This document shows, piece by piece, positions 1 through 15,600 of a stretch of DNA of 64,000 bases. Position numbers and translations under genes: made by a program. Below the pieces are notes generated by a model. It saw nothing but the letters and a program-made list of their open reading frames with translations, had not been told where the DNA came from and searched no databases. Within the stretch, counting starts at the first letter, position 1. The number at the start of each line of letters is the position of its first letter. Location of the stretch: the NCBI GenBank assembly GCA_964016885.1, contig OZ024750.1, positions 37,882,001-37,946,000 of the forward strand, given 5' to 3'. This stretch comes from Eledone cirrhosa (Eukaryota).

Positions 1-3000
1 TAACCTATACACTGTATGTGATGTACCATGAAGTTATAGCTAACCTGTACACTGTATGTGATGTACCATGAAGCTATGACTAATCTGTACACTGTATGTG
101 ATGTACCATGAAGCTATGACTAATCTATACACTGTATGTGATGTACCATGAAGCTATGGCTAACCTGTACACTGTATGTGATGTACCATGAAGCTATGGC
201 TAACCTGTACACTGTATGTGATGTAACATGAAGCTATAGCTAACCTGTACACTGTATGTGATGTTCCATGAAGCTATGACTAACCTGTACACTGTATGTG
301 ATGTACCATGAAGCTATGACTAACCTATACACTGTATGTGTTGTACCATGTAGCTATGACTAATCTATACACTGTATGTGATGTACCATGAAGCTATGGC
401 TAACCTGTACACTGTATGTGATGTACCATGAAGTTATGACTAACATGTACACTGTATGTGATGTACCATGAAGCTATGACTAACCTGTACACTGTATGTG
501 ATGTACCATGAATCTATGGCTAACCTGTACACTGTATGTGATGTACCGTGAAGCTATGACTAACCTATACACTCTATGTGATGTACCATGAAGCTATGTC
601 TAACCTGTACACCGTATGTGATGTACCATGAAGCTATGACTAACCTATACACTGTATGTGATGTACCATGAAGCTATGACTAACCTGTACACTGTATGTG
701 ATGTACCATGAAGCTATGACTAACCTATACACTGTATGTGATGTACCATGCAGCTATGACTAACCTGTACACTGTATGTGATGTACCATGAAGCTATGAC
801 TAACCTATACACTGTATGTGATGTACCATGAAGCTATAGCTAACCTATACACTGTATGTGATGTACCATGAAGTTATAGCTAACCTGTACACTGTATGTG
901 ATGTACCATGAAGCTATGACTCATCTGTACACTGTATGTGATGTACCATGAAGCTATAGCTAACCGGTACACTGTATGTGATGTACCATGAAGCTATGAC
1001 TAACCTGTACACTGTATGTGATGTACCATGAAGCTATGACTAACCTGTACACTGTATGTGATGTAACATGAAGCTATAGCTAACCTGTACACTGTATGTG
1101 ATGTACCATGAAACTATGACTAACCTGTACACTGTATGTGATGTACCATGAAGCTTTAGCTAACCTATACACTGTATGTGATGTACCATGAAACTATGAC
1201 TAATCTGTACACTGTATGTGATGTACCATGAAGCTATGGCTAACCTGTACACTGTATGTGATGTAACATGAAGCTATAGCTAACCTGTACACTGTATGTG
1301 ATGTACCATGAAGCTATGACTAACCTGTACACTGTATGTGATGTACCATGAAGCTATGACTAACCTGTACACTGTATGTGATGTACCATGAAGCTATGGC
1401 TAACCTGTACACTGTATGTGATGTACCATGAAGCTATGGCTAACCTGTACACTGTATATGATGTACCATGAAGCTATGACTAACCTTTACACTGTATGTG
1501 ATGTACCATGAAGCTATGGCTAACATGTACACTGTATGTGATGTACCATGAAGCTATGACTAACCTGTACATTGTATGTGATGTACCATGAAGCTATGGC
1601 TAACCTGTACACTGTATGTGATGTACCATGAAGCTATGACTAACCTGTACACTGTATGTGATGTTCCATGAAGCTATGACTAACCTGTATACTGTATGTG
1701 ATGTACCATGAAGCTATGGCTAACCTGTACACTGTATGTGATGTACCATGAAGCTATGACTAACCTGTACACTGTATATGATGTACCATGAAGCTATGAC
1801 TAATCTGTACACTGTATGTGATGTACCATGAAGCTATGACTAATCTGTACACTGTATGTGACGTAACATGAGGCTATAGCTAACCTGTACACTGTATGTG
1901 ATGTACCATGAAGCTATGACTAACCTATACACTGTATGTGATGTACCATGAAGCTATAGCTAACCTATACACTGTATGTGATGTACCATGAAGTTATAGC
2001 TAACCTGTACACTGTATGTGATGTACCATGAAGCTATGACTAATCTGTACACTGTATGTGATGTACCATGAAGCTATAGCTAACCGGTACACTGTATGTG
2101 ATGTACCATGAAGCTATGACTAACCTGTACACTGTATGTGATGTACCATGAAGCTATGACTAACCTGTACACTGTATGTGATGTAACATGAAGCTATAGC
2201 TAACCTGTACACTGGATGTGATGTACCATGAAGCTATGACTAACCTGTACACTGTATGTGATGTACCATGAAGCTATAGCTAACCTATACACTGTATGTG
2301 ATGTACCATGAAACTATGACTAACCTGTACACTGTATGTGATGTACCATGAAGCTATGGCTAACCTGTAGACTGTATGTGATGTAACATGAAGCTATAGC
2401 TAACCTGTACACTGTATGTGATGTACCATGAAGCTATGACTAACCTGTACACTGTATGTGATGTACCATGAAGCTATGACTAACCTGTACACTGTATGTG
2501 ATGTACCATGAAGCTATGGCTAACCTGTACACTGTATGTGATGTACCATGAAGCTATGGCTAACCTGTACACTGTATATGATGTACCATGAAGCTATGAC
2601 TAACCTTTACACTGTATGTGATGTACCATGAAGCTATGGCTAACATGTACACTGTATGTGATGTACCATGAAGCTATGACTAACCTGTACACTGTATGTG
2701 ATGTACCATGAAGCTATGGCTAACCTGTACACTGTATGTGATGTACCATGAAGCTATGACTAACTTGTACACTGTATGTGATGTTCCATGAAGCTATGAC
2801 TAACCTGTATACTGTATGTGATGTACCATGAAGCTATGGCTAACCTGTACACTGTATGTGATGTACCATGAAGCTATGACTAACCTGTACACTGTATATG
2901 ATGTACCATGAAGCTATGACTAACATGTACACTGTATGCGATGTACCATGAAGCTATGACTAACCTGTACACTGTATGTGATGTACCATGAAGCTATGAC

Positions 3001-5960
3001 TAACCTGTACACTGTATGTGATGTACCATGAAGTTATGACTAACCTGTACACTGTATGTGATGTACCCTGAAGCTATGACTAACCTGTACACTGTATGTG
3101 ATGTACCATGAAGCTATAGCTAACCTGTACACTGTATGTGATGTACCATGAAGCTATGGCTAACCTGTACACTGTATGTGATGTACCATGAAGCTATGAC
3201 TAACCTGTACACTGTATATGATGTACCATGAAGCTATGACTAACCTTTACACTGTATGTGATGTACCATGAAGCTATGGCTAACATGTACACTGTATGTG
3301 ATGTACCATGAAGCTATGACTAACCTGTACACTGTATGTGATGTACCATGAAGCTATGGCTAACCTGTACACTGTATGTGATGTACCATGAAGCTATGAC
3401 TAACCTATACACTGTATGTGATGTTCCATGAAGCTATGACTAATCTATACACTGTATGTGATGTACCATGAAGCTATGGCTAACCTGTACACTGTATGTG
3501 ATGTACCATGAAGCTATGGCTAACCTGTACACTGTATGTGATGTAACATGAAGCTATAGCTAACCTGTACACTGTATGTGATGTTCCATGAAGCTATGAC
3601 TAACCTGTACACTGTATGTGATGTACCATGAAGCTATGACTAACCTATACACTGTATGTGTTGTACCATGTAGCTATGACTAATCTATACACTGTATGTG
3701 ATGTACCATGAAGCTATGGCTAACCTGTACACTGTATGTGATGTACCATGAAGTTATGACTAACATGTACACTGTATGTGATGTACCATGAAGCTATGAC
3801 TAACCTGTACACTGTATGTGATGTACCATGAATCTATGGCTAACCTGTACACTGTATGTGATGTACCGTGAAGCTATGACTAACCTATACACTCTATGTG
3901 ATGTACCATGAAGCTATGTCTAACCTGTACACCGTATGTGATGTACCATGAAGCTATGACTAACCTATACACTGTATGTGATGTACCATGAAGCTATGAC
4001 TAACCTGTACACTGTATGTGATGTACCATGAAGCTATGACTAACCTATACACTGTATGTGATGTACCATGCAGCTATGACTAACCTGTACACTGTATGTG
4101 ATGTACCATGAAGCTATGACTAACCTATAGACTGTATGTGATGTACCATGAAGCTATAGCTAACCTATACACTGTATGTGATGTACCATGAAGTTATAGC
4201 TAACCTGTACACTGTATGTGATGTACCATGAAGCTATGACTAATCTGTACACTGTATGTGATGTACCATGAAGCTATGACTAATCTATACACTGTATGTG
4301 ATGTACCATGAAGCTATGGCTAACCTGTACACTGTATGTGATGTACCATGAAGCTATGGCTAACCTGTACACTGTATGTGATGTAACATGAAGCTATAGC
4401 TAACCTGTACACTGTATGTGATGTTCCATGAAGCTATGACTAACCTGTACACTGTATGTGATGTACCATGAAGCTATGACTAACCTATACACTGTATGTG
4501 TTGTACCATGTAGCTATGACTAATCTATACACTGTATGTGATGTACCATGAAGCTATGGCTAACCTGTACACTGTATGTGATGTACCATGAAGTTATGAC
4601 TAACATGTACACTGTATGTGATGTACCATGAAGCTATGACTAACCTGTACACTGTATGTGATGTACCATGAATCTATGGCTAACCTGTACACTGTATGTG
4701 ATGTACCGTGAAGCTATGACTAACCTATACACTCTATGTGATGTACCATGAAGCTATGTCTAACCTGTACACCGTATGTGATGTACCATGAAGCTATGAC
4801 TAACCTATACACTGTATGTGATGTACCATGAAGCTATGACTAACCTGTACACTGTATGTGATGTACCATGAAGCTATGACTAACCTATACACTGTATGTG
4901 ATGTACCATGCAGCTATGACTAACCTGTACACTGTATGTGATGTACCATGAAGCTATGACTAACCTATACACTGTATGTGATGTACCATGAAGCTATAGC
5001 TAACCTATACACTGTATGTGATGTACCATGAAGTTATAGCTAACCTGTACACTGTATGTGATGTACCATGAAGCTATGACTCATCTGTACACTGTATGTG
5101 ATGTACCATGAAGCTATAGCTAACCGGTACACTGTATGTGATGTACCATGAAGCTATGACTAACCTGTACACTGTATGTGATGTACCATGAAGCTATGAC
5201 TAACCTGTACACTGTATGTGATGTAACATGAAGCTATAGCTAACCTGTACACTGTATGTGATGTACCATGAAACTATGACTAACCTGTACACTGTATGTG
5301 ATGTACCATGAAGCTTTAGCTAACCTATACACTGTATGTGATGTACCATGAAACTATGACTAATCTGTACACTGTATGTGATGTACCATGAAGCTATGGC
5401 TAACCTGTACACTGTATGTGATGTAACATGAAGCTATAGCTAACCTGTACACTGTATGTGATGTACCATGAAGCTATGACTAACCTGTACACTGTATGTG
5501 ATGTACCATGAAGCTATGACTAACCTGTACACTGTATGTGATGTACCATGAAGCTATGGCTAACCTGTACACTGTATGTGATGTACCATGAAGCTATGGC
5601 TAACCTGTACACTGTATATGATGTACCATGAAGCTATGACTAACCTTTACACTGTATGTGATGTACCATGAAGCTATGGCTAACATGTACACTGTATGTG
5701 ATGTACCATGAAGCTATGACTAACCTGTACATTGTATGTGATGTACCATGAAGCTATGGCTAACCTGTACACTGTATGTGATGTACCATGAAGCTATGAC
5801 TAACCTGTACACTGTATGTGATGTTCCATGAAGCTATGACTAACCTGTATACTGTATGTGATGTACCATGAAGCTATGGCTAACCTGTACACTGTATGTG
5901 ATGTACCATGAAGCTATGACTAACCTGTACACTGTATATGATGTACCATGAAGCTATGAC
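1..5960. repeat. Segmental duplication within the array: 1-1800 repeated at 4161-5960 (offset 4,160 bp, 104 monomers)
   Basis: Rare variants at identical offset: CAGCTATGAC 751/4911, TCATCTGTAC 921/5081, AAGCTTTAGC 1151/5311, ATTGTATG 1571/5731. The match ends at 1801 (TAATCT) vs 5961 (TAACAT). Confidence 0.9.
3441..5080. repeat. Tandem 21-monomer (840-bp) higher-order unit in two copies; the pair recurs at ~11961-13600 and partially at ~20330-21520 and ~26010-27200
   Basis: Markers 840 bp apart: TTGTACCATGTAG 3661/4501, ACCGTATG 3931/4771, CAGCT 4071/4911 and 12591/13431, GTACCATGCA 20501/21341. Confidence 0.9.
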
Positions 5961-7000
5961 TAACATGTACACTCTATGCGATGTACCATGAAGCTATGAC
6001 TAACCTGTACACTGTATGTGATGTACCATGAAGCTATGACTAACCTGTACACTGTATGTGATGTACCATGAAGTTATGACTAACCTGTACACTGTATGTG
6101 ATGTACCCTGAAGCTATGACTAACCTGTACACTGTATGTGATGTACCATGAAGCTATAGCTAACCTGTACACTGTATGTGATGTACCATGAAGCTATGGC
6201 TAACCTATACACTGTATGTGATGTACCATGAAGCTATGACTAACCTGTACACTGTATATGATGTACCATGAAGCTATGACTAACCTTTACACTGTATGTG
6301 ATGTACCATGAAGCTATGGCTAACATGTACACTGTATGTGATGTACCATGAAGCTATGACTAACCTGTACACTGTATGTGATGTACCATGAAGCTATGGC
6401 TAACCTGTACACTGTATGTGATGTACCATGAAGCTATGACTAACGTATACACTGTATGTGATGTACCATGAAGCTATGACTAATCTGTACACTGTATGTG
6501 ATGTAACATGAAGCTATAGCTAACCTGTACACTGTATGTGATGTACCATGAAGCTATGACTAACCTATACACTGTATGTGATGTACCATGAAGCTATAGC
6601 TAACCTATACACTGTATGTGATGTACCATGAAGTTATAGCTAACCTGTACACTGTATGTGATGTACCATGAAGCTATGACTAATCTGTACACTGTATGTG
6701 ATGTACCATGAAGCTATAGCTAACCGGTACACTGTATGTGATGTACCATGAAGCTATGACTAACCTGTACACTGTATGTGATGTACCATGAAGCTATGAC
6801 TAACCTGTACACTGTATGTGATGTAACATGAAGCTATAGCTAACCTGTACACTGGATGTGATGTACCATGAAGCTATGACTAACCTGTACACTGTATGTG
6901 ATGTACCATGAAGCTATAGCTAACCTATACACTGTATGTGATGTACCATGAAACTATGACTAACCTGTACACTGTATGTGATGTACCATGAAGCTATGGC

Positions 7001-9640
7001 TAACCTGTACACTGTATGTGATGTAACATGAAGCTATAGCTAACCTGTACACTGTATGTGATGTACCATGAAGCTATGACTAACCTGTACACTGTATGTG
7101 ATGTACCATGAAGCTATGACTAACCTGTACACTGTATGTGATGTACCATGAAGCTATGGCTAACCTGTACACTGTATGTGATGTACCATGAAGCTATGGC
7201 TAACCTGTACACTGTATATGATGTACCATGAAGCTATGACTAACCTTTACACTGTATGTGATGTACCATGAAGCTATGGCTAACATGTACACTGTATGTG
7301 ATGTACCATGAAGCTATGACTAACCTGTACACTGTATGTGATGTACCATGAAGCTATGGCTAACCTGTACACTGTATGTGATGTACCATGAAGCTATGAC
7401 TAACTTGTACACTGTATGTGATGTTCCATGAAGCTATGACTAACCTGTATACTGTATGTGATGTACCATGAAGCTATGGCTAACCTGTACACTGTATGTG
7501 ATGTACCATGAAGCTATGACTAACCTGTACACTGTATATGATGTACCATGAAGCTATGACTAACATGTACACTGTATGCGATGTACCATGAAGCTATGAC
7601 TAACCTGTACACTGTATGTGATGTACCATGAAGCTATGACTAACCTATACACTGTATGTGTTGTACCATGTAGCTATGACTAACCTGTACACTGTATGTG
7701 ATGTACCCTGAAGCTATGACTAACCTGTGCACTGTATGTGATGTACCATGAAGCTATAGCTAACCTGTACACTGTATGTGATGTACCATGAAGCTATGGC
7801 TAACCTGTACACTGTATGTGATGTACCATGAAGCTATGACTAACCTGTACACTGTATATGATGTACCATGAAGCTATGACTAACCTTTACACTGTATGTG
7901 ATGTACCATGAAGCTATGGCTAACATGTACACTGTATGTGATGTACCATGAAGCTATGACTAACCTGTACACTGTATGTGATGTACCATGAAGCTATGGC
8001 TAACCTGTACACTGTATGTGATGTACCATGAAGCTATGACTAACCTATACACTGTATGTGATGTTCCATGAAGCTATGACTAACCTGTACACTGTATGTG
8101 ATGTACCATGAAGCTATGGCTAACCTGTACACTGTATGTGATGTAGCATGAAGCTATGACTAACCTGTACTCTGTATATGATGTACCATGAAGCTATGAC
8201 TAACATGTACACTGTATGCGAAGTACCATGAAGCTATGACTAACCTGTACACTGTATGTGATGTACCATGAAGCTATGACTAACCTATACACTGTATGTG
8301 TTGTACCATGTAGCTATGACTAACCTGTACACTGTATGTGATGTACCCTGAAGCTATGACTAACCTGTACACTGTATGTGATGTAACATGAAGCTATAGC
8401 TAACCTGTACACTGTATGTGATGTACCATGAAGCTATGACTAACCTGTACACTGTATGTGATGTACCATGAAGCTATGACTAACCTGTACACTGTATGTG
8501 ATGTACCATGAAGCTATGGCTAACCTGTACACTGTATGTGATGTACCATGAAGCTATGGCTAACCTGTACACTGTATATGATGTACCATGAAGCTATGAC
8601 TAACCTTTACACTGTATGTGATGTACCATGAAGCTATGGCTAACATGTACACTGTATGTGATGTACCATGAAGCTATGACTAACCTGTACACTGTATGTG
8701 ATGTACCATGAAGCTATGGCTAACCTGTACACTGTATGTGATGTACCATGAAGCTATGACTAACTTGTACACTGTATGTGATGTTCCATGAAGCTATGAC
8801 TAACCTGTATACTGTATGTGATGTACCATGAAGCTATGGCTAACCTGTACACTGTATGTGATGTACCATGAAGCTATGACTAACCTGTACACTGTATATG
8901 ATGTACCATGAAGCTATGACTAACATGTACACTGTATGCGATGTACCATGAAGCTATGACTAACCTGTACACTGTATGTGATGTACCATGAAGCTATGAC
9001 TAACCTATACACTGTATGTGTTGTACCATGTAGCTATGACTAACCTGTACACTGTATGTGATGTACCCTGAAGCTATGACTAACCTGTGCACTGTATGTG
9101 ATGTACCATGAAGCTATAGCTAACCTGTACACTGTATGTGATGTACCATGAAGCTATGGCTAACCTGTACACTGTATGTGATGTACCATGAAGCTATGAC
9201 TAACCTGTACACTGTATATGATGTACCATGAAGCTATGACTAACCTTTACACTGTATGTGATGTACCATGAAGCTATGGCTAACATGTACACTGTATGTG
9301 ATGTACCATGAAGCTATGACTAACCTGTACACTGTATGTGATGTACCATGAAGCTATGGCTAACCTGTACACTGTATGTGATGTACCATGAAGCTATGAC
9401 TAACCTATACACTGTATGTGATGTTCCATGAAGCTATGACTAACCTGTACACTGTATGTGATGTACCATGAAGCTATGGCTAACCTGTACACTGTATGTG
9501 ATGTAGCATGAAGCTATGACTAACCTGTACTCTGTATATGATGTACCATGAAGCTATGACTAACATGTACACTGTATGCGAAGTACCATGAAGCTATGAC
9601 TAACCTGTACACTGTATGTGATGTACCATGAAGCTATGAC
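7001..9640. repeat. Near-tandem duplication at 1,360-bp offset (34 monomers): 7001-8280 repeated at 8361-9640
   Basis: TAACTTGTAC 7401/8761, TAACCTGTGC 7721/9081, TCTGTATATG 8171/9531, AAGTACC 8221/9581. Confidence 0.9.
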
Positions 9641-12600
9641 TAATCTATACACTGTATGTGATGTACCATGAAGCTATGGCTAACCTGTACACTGTATGTG
9701 ATGTACCATGAAGCTATGGCTAACCTGTACACTGTATGTGATGTAACATGAAGCTATAGCTAACCTGTACACTGTATGTGATGTTCCATGAAGCTATGAC
9801 TAACCTGTACACTGTATGTGATGTACCATGAAGCTATGACTAACCTATACACTGTATGTGTTGTACCATGTAGCTATGACTAATCTATACACTGTATGTG
9901 ATGTACCATGAAGCTATGGCTAACCTGTACACTGTATGTGATGTACCATGAAGTTATGACTAACATGTACACTGTATGTGATGTACCATGAAGCTATGAC
10001 TAACCTGTACACTGTATGTGATGTACCATGAATCTATGGCTAACCTGTACACTGTATGTGATGTACCGTGAAGCTATGACTAACCTATACACTCTATGTG
10101 ATGTACCATGAAGCTATGTCTAACCTGTACACCGTATGTGATGTACCATGAAGCTATGACTAACCTATACACTGTATGTGATGTACCATGAAGCTATGAC
10201 TAACCTGTACACTGTATGTGATGTACCATGAAGCTATGACTAACCTATACACTGTATGTGATCTACCATGCAGCTATGACTAACCTGTACACTGTATGTG
10301 ATGTACTATGAAGCTATGGCTAACCTGTACACTGTATGTGATGTACCATGAAGCTATGGCTAACCTGTACACTGTATGTGATGTACCATGAAGTTATAGC
10401 TAACCTGTACACTGTATGTGAGGTACTATGAAGCTATGACTAATCTGTACACTGTATGTGATGTACCATGAAGCTATGACTAATCTGTACACTGTATGTG
10501 ACGTAACATGAGGCTATAGCTAACCTGTACACTGTATGTGATGTACCATGAAGCTATGACTAACCTATACACTGTATGTGATGTACCATGAAGCTATAGC
10601 TAACCTATACACTGTATGTGATGTACCATGAAGTTATAGCTAACCTGTACACTGTATGTGATGTACCATGAAGCTATGACTAATCTGTACACTGTATGTG
10701 ATGTACCATGAAGCTATAGCTAACCGGTACACTGTATGTGATGTACCATGAAGCTATGACTAACCTGTACACTGTATGTGATGTACCATGAAGCTATGAC
10801 TAACCTGTACACTGTATGTGATGTAACATGAAGCTATAGCTAACCTGTACACTGGATGTGATGTACCATGAAGCTATGACTAACCTGTACACTGTATGTG
10901 ATGTACCATGAAGCTATAGCTAACCTATACACTGTATGTGATGTACCATGAAACTATGACTAACCTGTACACTGTATGTGATGTACCATGAAGCTATGGC
11001 TAACCTGTAGACTGTATGTGATGTAACATGAAGCTATAGCTAACCTGTACACTGTATGTGATGTACCATGAAGCTATGACTAACCTGTACACTGTATGTG
11101 ATGTACCATGAAGCTATGACTAACCTTTACACTGTATGTGATGTACCATGAAGCTATGGCTAACATGTACACTGTATGTGATGTACCATGAAGCTATGAC
11201 TAACCTGTACACTGTATGTGATGTACCATGAAGCTATGGCTAACCTGTACACTGTATGTGATGTACCATGAAGCTATGACTAACTTGTACACTGTATGTG
11301 ATGTTCCATGAAGCTATGACTAACCTGTATACTGTATGTGATGTACCATGAAGCTATGGCTAACCTGTACACTGTATGTGATGTACCATGAAGCTATGAC
11401 TAACCTGTACACTGTATATGATGTACCATGAAGCTATGACTAACATGTACACTGTATGCGATGTACCATGAAGCTATGACTAATCTGTACACTGTATGTG
11501 ATGTACCATGAAGCTATGACTAACCTGTACACTGTATGTGATGTACCATGAAGTTATGACTAACCTGTACACTGTATGTGATGTACCCTGAAGCTATGAC
11601 TAACCTGTACACTGTATGTGATGTACCATGAAGCTATAGCTAACCTGTACACTGTATGTGATGTACCATGAAGCTATGGCTAACCTGTACACTGTATGTG
11701 ATGTACCATGAAGCTATGACTAACCTGTACACTGTATATGATGTACCATGAAGCTATGACTAACCTTTACACTGTATGTGATGTACCATGAAGCTATGGC
11801 TAACATGTACACTGTATGTGATGTACCATGAAGCTATGACTAACCTGTACACTGTATGTGATGTACCATGAAGCTATGGCTAACCTGTACACTGTATGTG
11901 ATGTACCATGAAGCTATGACTAACCTATACACTGTATGTGATGTTCCATGAAGCTATGACTAATCTATACACTGTATGTGATGTACCATGAAGCTATGGC
12001 TAACCTGTACACTGTATGTGATGTACCATGAAGCTATGGCTAACCTGTACACTGTATGTGATGTAACATGAAGCTATAGCTAACCTGTACACTGTATGTG
12101 ATGTTCCATGAAGCTATGACTAACCTGTACACTGTATGTGATGTACCATGAAGCTATGACTAACCTATACACTGTATGTGTTGTACCATGTAGCTATGAC
12201 TAATCTATACACTGTATGTGATGTACCATGAAGCTATGGCTAACCTGTACACTGTATGTGATGTACCATGAAGTTATGACTAACATGTACACTGTATGTG
12301 ATGTACCATGAAGCTATGACTAACCTGTACACTGTATGTGATGTACCATGAATCTATGGCTAACCTGTACACTGTATGTGATGTACCGTGAAGCTATGAC
12401 TAACCTATACACTCTATGTGATGTACCATGAAGCTATGTCTAACCTGTACACCGTATGTGATGTACCATGAAGCTATGACTAACCTATACACTGTATGTG
12501 ATGTACCATGAAGCTATGACTAACCTGTACACTGTATGTGATGTACCATGAAGCTATGACTAACCTATACACTGTATGTGATGTACCATGCAGCTATGAC

Positions 12601-15600
12601 TAACCTGTACACTGTATGTGATGTACCATGAAGCTATGACTAACCTATAGACTGTATGTGATGTACCATGAAGCTATAGCTAACCTATACACTGTATGTG
12701 ATGTACCATGAAGTTATAGCTAACCTGTACACTGTATGTGATGTACCATGAAGCTATGACTAATCTGTACACTGTATGTGATGTACCATGAAGCTATGAC
12801 TAATCTATACACTGTATGTGATGTACCATGAAGCTATGGCTAACCTGTACACTGTATGTGATGTACCATGAAGCTATGGCTAACCTGTACACTGTATGTG
12901 ATGTAACATGAAGCTATAGCTAACCTGTACACTGTATGTGATGTTCCATGAAGCTATGACTAACCTGTACACTGTATGTGATGTACCATGAAGCTATGAC
13001 TAACCTATACACTGTATGTGTTGTACCATGTAGCTATGACTAATCTATACACTGTATGTGATGTACCATGAAGCTATGGCTAACCTGTACACTGTATGTG
13101 ATGTACCATGAAGTTATGACTAACATGTACACTGTATGTGATGTACCATGAAGCTATGACTAACCTGTACACTATATGTGATGTACCATGAATCTATGGC
13201 TAACCTGTACACTGTATGTGATGTACCGTGAAGCTATGACTAACCTATACACTCTATGTGATGTACCATGAAGCTATGTCTAACCTGTACACCGTATGTG
13301 ATGTACCATGAAGCTATGACTAACCTATACACTGTATGTGATGTACCATGAAGCTATGACTAACCTGTACACTGTATGTGATGTACCATGAAGCTATGAC
13401 TAACCTATACACTGTATGTGATGTACCATGCAGCTATGACTAACCTGTACACTGTATGTGATGTACCATGAAGCTATGACTAACCTATACACTGTATGTG
13501 ATGTACCATGAAGCTATAGCTAACCTATACACTGTATGTGATGTACCATGAAGTTATAGCTAACCTGTACACTGTATGTGATGTACCATGAAGCTATGAC
13601 TCATCTGTACACTGTATGTGATGTACCATGAAGCTATAGCTAACCGGTACACTGTATGTGATGTACCATGAAGCTATGACTAACCTGTACACTGTATGTG
13701 ATGTACCATGAAGCTATGACTAACCTGTACACTGTATGTGATGTAACATGAAGCTATAGCTAACCTGTACACTGTATGTGATGTACCATGAAACTATGAC
13801 TAACCTGTACACTGTATGTGATGTACCATGAAGCTATAGCTAACCTATACACTGTATGTGATGTACCATGAAACTATGACTAATCTGTACACTGTATGTG
13901 ATGTACCATGAAGCTATGGCTAACCTGTACACTGTATGTGATGTAACATGAAGCTATAGCTAACCTGTACACTGTATGTGATGTACCATGAAGCTATGAC
14001 TAACCTGTACACTGTATGTGATGTACCATGAAGCTATGACTAACCTGTACACTGTATGTGATGTACCATGAAGCTATGGCTAACCTGTACACTGTATGTG
14101 ATGTACCATGAAGCTATGGCTAACCTGTACACTGTATATGATGTACCATGAAGCTATGACTAACCTTTACACTGTATGTGATGTACCATGAAGCTATGGC
14201 TAACATGTACACTGTATGTGATGTACCATGAAGCTATGACTAACCTGTACATTGTATGTGATGTACCATGAAGCTATGGCTAACCTGTACACTGTATGTG
14301 ATGTACCATGAAGCTATGACTAACCTGTACACTGTATGTGATGTTCCATGAAGCTATGACTAACCTGTATACTGTATGTGATGTACCATGAAGCTATGGC
14401 TAACCTGTACACTGTATGTGATGTACCATGAAGCTATGACTAACCTGTACACTGTATATGATGTACCATGAAGCTATGACTAACATGTACACTCTATGCG
14501 ATGTACCATGAAGCTATGACTAACCTGTACACTGTATGTGATGTACCATGAAGCTATGACTAACCTGTACACTGTATGTGATGTACCATGAAGTTATGAC
14601 TAACATGTACACTGTATGTGATGTACCATGAAGCTATGACTAACCTGTACACTGTATGTGATGTACCATGAATCTATGGCTAACCTGTACACTGTATGTG
14701 ATGTACCGTGAAGCTATGACTAATCTATACACTCTATGTGATGTACCATGAAGCTATGTCTAACCTGTACACCGTATGTGATGTACCATGAAGCTATGAC
14801 TAACCTATACACTGTATGTGATGTACCATGAAGCTATGACTAACCTGTACACTGTATGTGATGTACCATGAAGCTATGACTAACCTATACACTGTATGTG
14901 ATGTACCATGCAGCTATGACTAACCTGTACACTGTATGTGATGTACCATGAAGCTATGACTAACCTATACACTGTATGTGATGTACCATGAAGCTATAGC
15001 TAACCTATACACTGTATGTGATGTACCATGAAGTTATAGCTAACCTGTACACTGTATGTGATGTACCATGAAGCTATGACTAATCTGTACACTGTATGTG
15101 ATGTACCATGAAGCTATGACTAATCTATACACTGTATGTGATGTACCATGAAGCTATGGCTAACCTGTACACTGTATGTGATGTACCATGAAGCTATGAC
15201 TAACCTATACACTGTATGTGATGTACCATGAAGCTATGACTAACCTGTACACTGTATGTGATGTACCATGAAGCTATGGCTAACCTGTACACTATATGTG
15301 ATGTACCATGAAGCTATGACTAACCTGTACACTGTATGTGATGTACCATGAAGCTATGGCTAACCTGTACACTGTATGTGATGTACCATGAAGCTATGAC
15401 TAATCTGTACACTGTATGTGATGTACCATGAAGCTATAGATAACCCGTACACTGTATGTGATGTACCATGAAGCTATGATTAACCTGTACACTGTATGTG
15501 ATGTACCATGAAGCTATGACTAACCTGTACACTGTATGTGATGTAACATGAAGCTATAGCTAACCTGTACACTGTATGTGATGTACCATGAAGCTATGAC

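Larger units (their letters stand above)
1801..14600. repeat. Dispersed duplication: ~1801-6080 repeated at ~10441-14600 (offset 8,640 bp, then 8,520 bp after a 3-monomer loss near 11100)
   Basis: ACGTAACATGAGGCT 1861/10501 and TAACCTGTAG 2361/11001 give offset 8640. TAACCTATAG 4121/12641, TCATCT 5081/13601 and ACTCTATGCG 5971/14491 give offset 8520. Confidence 0.88.
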
